Of a DNA stretch of 64,000 nt, positions 61,433 to 64,000 are shown one piece after another; position 1 is the first letter of the stretch, and every line of letters starts with the position of its first letter. The DNA lies in the NCBI GenBank assembly GCA_963663275.1, contig OY760183.1, forward strand, positions 1,312,001-1,376,000, given 5' to 3'. Below the pieces are notes generated by a model. The model was not told the origin of the DNA and did not search any database. It saw nothing but the letters and a program-made list of their open reading frames with translations. Source of the stretch: Chloroflexota bacterium. GTDB lineage: Bacteria; Chloroflexota; UBA11872; VXOZ01. The position numbers and the translations under genes are program-made.

Positions 61433-62596
61433 CTAGCATTCTACTTCCACCGCCGGTGGGGTGATGAAGTCGTGGTACCGCTCCTTCACCCCGGCCTCTT
61501 GGGTGTTGCCCGTGTGCAGGTAGACGCGGAAATTGCAGCGGAGGCGGGCGCTATCGGGCAGGGTGTAGCTGCCGTCGATGCCGGGGTGACCCAGGAACTC
61601 GCGCCAGGCGAAGGGGTTGGCGTGCATCAGGCCGTAGTTGCGCACGTGCCAGTAGGTGGGGTAGCGGAAGTTAGCGGGATGGTCGAACACCGCCAGGCCC
61701 ACGGTCTGGCCGTTCACCGGGCCGGCGTAATCCATCCACTGGGCGCGTTTGCCGAAGCACTCGTCCTCGCCTATGCCGCCGTAGGCGTTTTCGATGCGCC
61801 CGTCGGCGTCGGCGTCCATGCTGCTGGCCACCCGCACCGAGAGCATCGCGCCCTCTTTCGTATCGCCAAAGCGCACCGGCCCCTCCGAGGCGTGGAAGGT
61901 CACGCCGATGTCCAGGATGCGCGCGTCCGGCGCCGGGGCGTAGACCACCACGTGTTTTTCCTCGGCCACCACCGGCTGCTCGGCGCGGCTCACCCAGTAA
62001 CTGCGCGAGCGGAACGCCCCGCAGACCGGCCCACTCACATAGGCGTCCCCCACCCCAAAGGCCGGGCAAAACGAATCGTGGCGCTGGTAGCCGTGGTCGT
62101 CCAATTCGCTCCAGGTATCCACGCCGTTCACGTCGCCGTGGGCCACGTGGATGGACTTGTGGTGCGGATGGTCGCGCTTCTCGCCGGGAATGCCGGCGAC
62201 CATCGGGTAGCCGCGCGTCATGCCCCTGCCGGTGGGGCCGTTCACGGGGTAGAGGAAGAGTTTATTGTGTATGGCGGCGTGGTGGTAGGTGGTGAAGAGT
62301 TGGCCGCCCAGGTGGATGTCCAGGCCGTGTTTGCCGCCGGCCACGGTCACGGCGGCCGTGTTTTCGCCCTCTTCCAGCGCGAACGTCTCGCTGGCGCCCG
62401 CGGCCAGGGACGGCACAATCCAGGCCAGGCGAACGCCGCCCGCCGTAGCCACCGCCTGCGCGGGCAGCGCTTCCCCGGTCTCGCCGGACACCACCACGTA
62501 GCCGCGCGCCGGGTCGAGGCCCGCGGCATCTACCCAAACCGGACATTGCCGCCGGGCGTGGTTGCCGGCGCGGACGGTAAACGTCATGCGTTGCAT
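61433..62596 (-). CDS. PmoA/DUF6807-family protein
   Basis: DHPHH, FGDTKEG...RVA, FDHPAN.RYPT.WHVR.YGL..ANPF. Confidence 0.8.
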   Translation of the reverse strand: MQRMTFTVRAGNHARRQCPVWVDAAGLDPARGYVVVSGETGEALPAQAVATAGGVRLAWIVPSLAAGASETFALEEGENTAAVTVAGGKHGLDIHLGGQLFTTYHHAAIHNKLFLYPVNGPTGRGMTRGYPMVAGIPGEKRDHPHHKSIHVAHGDVNGVDTWSELDDHGYQRHDSFCPAFGVGDAYVSGPVCGAFRSRSYWVSRAEQPVVAEEKHVVVYAPAPDARILDIGVTFHASEGPVRFGDTKEGAMLSVRVASSMDADADGRIENAYGGIGEDECFGKRAQWMDYAGPVNGQTVGLAVFDHPANFRYPTYWHVRNYGLMHANPFAWREFLGHPGIDGSYTLPDSARLRCNFRVYLHTGNTQEAGVKERYHDFITPPAVEVEC

Positions 62597-62715
62597 AGTG
62601 CGATCTTTCTAAGAGTGGAGACAGCGTTTAAGACGCGCCAAGCCGCTGCGCTAGCACTGAACATAGGCGCTGGCGGCAGCGGTGTCAACCTGAGGGAGGC
62701 GCGCCGGGCCGAAGC

Positions 62716-64000
62716 TCAGCCGGCGGTAGGCGTGGGTGTTGGCGTCGGCGTGGGGAACGGCGTCGGAGTTGGGGAGACCGACGTGCAGACCGAGGACGTG
62801 CCCAGGCGCACGTCCACGCCGGAGAGGCTGGCGGGCACGTCGCCGGTGATGGTATTGCCCAGCAGGTAGAGTTCCCGCAGCGTGGTGATATTGCCCAACT
62901 GGGACGGGATGCTGCCGGTCAGGGAGTTGCAGTGCAGGTAGAGGAACTCCAATTTGGCCAGGTTGCCCAGTTGCGTGGGGATTGCGCCGGTCAGCTTATT
63001 TTTGTTCAGGTCCAGGCGGGTGAGCAGCGGCAGGTTGCCCAATTCCGCCGGAATCGCGCCGCTCAACTGGTTGTCGTAGAGGTCCATCCGCGTCAGGATG
63101 AAAAGTTTGCCGAGTTCTTTCGGAATAGCGCCGGTCAGTTCGTTGTATTCCAGGTAGAGGTACCAGAGTTTGGAGAGGTTGCCCAGTTCTTTGGGGATCG
63201 CCCCGGTCAGCCGGTTGTTGTTCAGGTAGAGTTGGTGGAGTCTCGCCAGGCTGCCCAGTTCCTTGGGGATGCTGCCGGACAACTGGTTGCCGTCCAGGAA
63301 CAGGCGCGTCAGGTTGCCCAGGTTGCCCAACTCGGCCGGGATGGAGCCGGTGAGCCAATTGTGGTCCAGGTAGAGGTGTTGGAGTTCGGCCAGGTTGCCC
63401 AGTTCCGGCGGGATGGCGCCGGTCAAGCGGTTGTTGTCCAGGTAGAGGTAGTGGAGTTTGGTCAGGTTTGCCAGTTCCGCCGGGATGCGGCCGTTCAGTT
63501 GCTTGTTCTTCAGGGAGACGCGGTTCACCCGCTGGGGCGTGCCGCCGACCAGGATGCCGTCCCAACTCGTGATGGCCGTGCTGCCGCTCCAGTTGAGCGT
63601 GGCGGATCCCGCCAGCGTGCTCTTTAGTTGCAGGAGCGTGCGGCAATCGAAGACCAGGCCGGGGTTGGCGCTGGGATTGGGCACCGCCGTGCCGTTCTCG
63701 CAGGGCAGGGCAGCGGGCGGCTGGCCGGGGGTGAAAGTATCCGTCTTGCCGTCGTCCGGCGTGATGTCGGCGTACGCGCCGATGTCCTTGTAATACTTCT
63801 GCAGGCCGCTGACGTTGCTGATGCGCTTGCCGGCAAAGTCATCCGTGGTGGAAGCGGTGGTAATGCGGGACTTCAGGTTGGCCAAAGTCTGGGTATGTTC
63901 CGGATCTCCGGAGTACGTGCCGCGGCGGATCACGTTCCCCGACTTCACTTCCCATTGCGCCACCACCTGCCAGGCTTCGACGGCAATGGCGTTGTGCGCG
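62716..64000 (-). CDS. Leucine-rich repeat protein with plant-type 24-aa LRRs (5' end outside window)
   Basis: About 10 LxxLxLxxNxLTGxIPxELGNL units, Cys-containing cap, C-terminal PT tail. Confidence 0.9.
   Translation of the reverse strand, partial: AHNAIAVEAWQVVAQWEVKSGNVIRRGTYSGDPEHTQTLANLKSRITTASTTDDFAGKRISNVSGLQKYYKDIGAYADITPDDGKTDTFTPGQPPAALPCENGTAVPNPSANPGLVFDCRTLLQLKSTLAGSATLNWSGSTAITSWDGILVGGTPQRVNRVSLKNKQLNGRIPAELANLTKLHYLYLDNNRLTGAIPPELGNLAELQHLYLDHNWLTGSIPAELGNLGNLTRLFLDGNQLSGSIPKELGSLARLHQLYLNNNRLTGAIPKELGNLSKLWYLYLEYNELTGAIPKELGKLFILTRMDLYDNQLSGAIPAELGNLPLLTRLDLNKNKLTGAIPTQLGNLAKLEFLYLHCNSLTGSIPSQLGNITTLRELYLLGNTITGDVPASLSGVDVRLGTSSVCTSVSPTPTPFPTPTPTPTPTAG

Noticed and set aside
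61433-62596. Methane monooxygenase implied by the PmoA family name
   Set aside because: Soluble protein with no pmoB/pmoC; the family name does not imply methanotrophy

Overview
GC-rich bacterial chromosomal segment. The Tat-lipoprotein solute-binding proteins, MqnP-type prenyltransferase, plant-type LRR protein and dense intergenic palindromes are consistent with a Chloroflexota-like, possibly sponge-associated organism; this is inference only. About 45 CDS are supported. Housekeeping genes include nadK-recN, ychF, an aspC-like aminotransferase, ubiA/mqnP, an orphan groEL, ctaA and copA with a small YHS gene. Many catabolic enzymes are present: creatininase, two DUF3604 metallohydrolases, M24, hydantoinase A/B with a racemase, enolase superfamily, UxaA, sulfatase and CocE. 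Several lower-GC nuclease or defence-like inserts occur: a NucS-like gene, a type II R-M pair, a wHTH + GHKL-ATPase pair and an HsdR-N-like gene. There is one IS30. No tRNA, rRNA or CRISPR array was found. Highlights: (1) a subtilase with intact Asp/His/oxyanion Asn but Cys in place of the catalytic Ser, with no propeptide; (2) an uncharacterised two-gene wHTH + GHKL-ATPase cassette next to a truncated binding-protein gene; (3) a nested hierarchy of three MITE families, with distinct TIRs and TSD lengths, that insert into REP-like palindromes and into each other, with an IS30 inserted in the same repeats; (4) an M55 peptidase homologue that has lost its metal ligands; (5) a methyltransferase promoter with two GACGTC palindromes in its spacer. 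All calls come from reading motifs by eye; no database searches were run.
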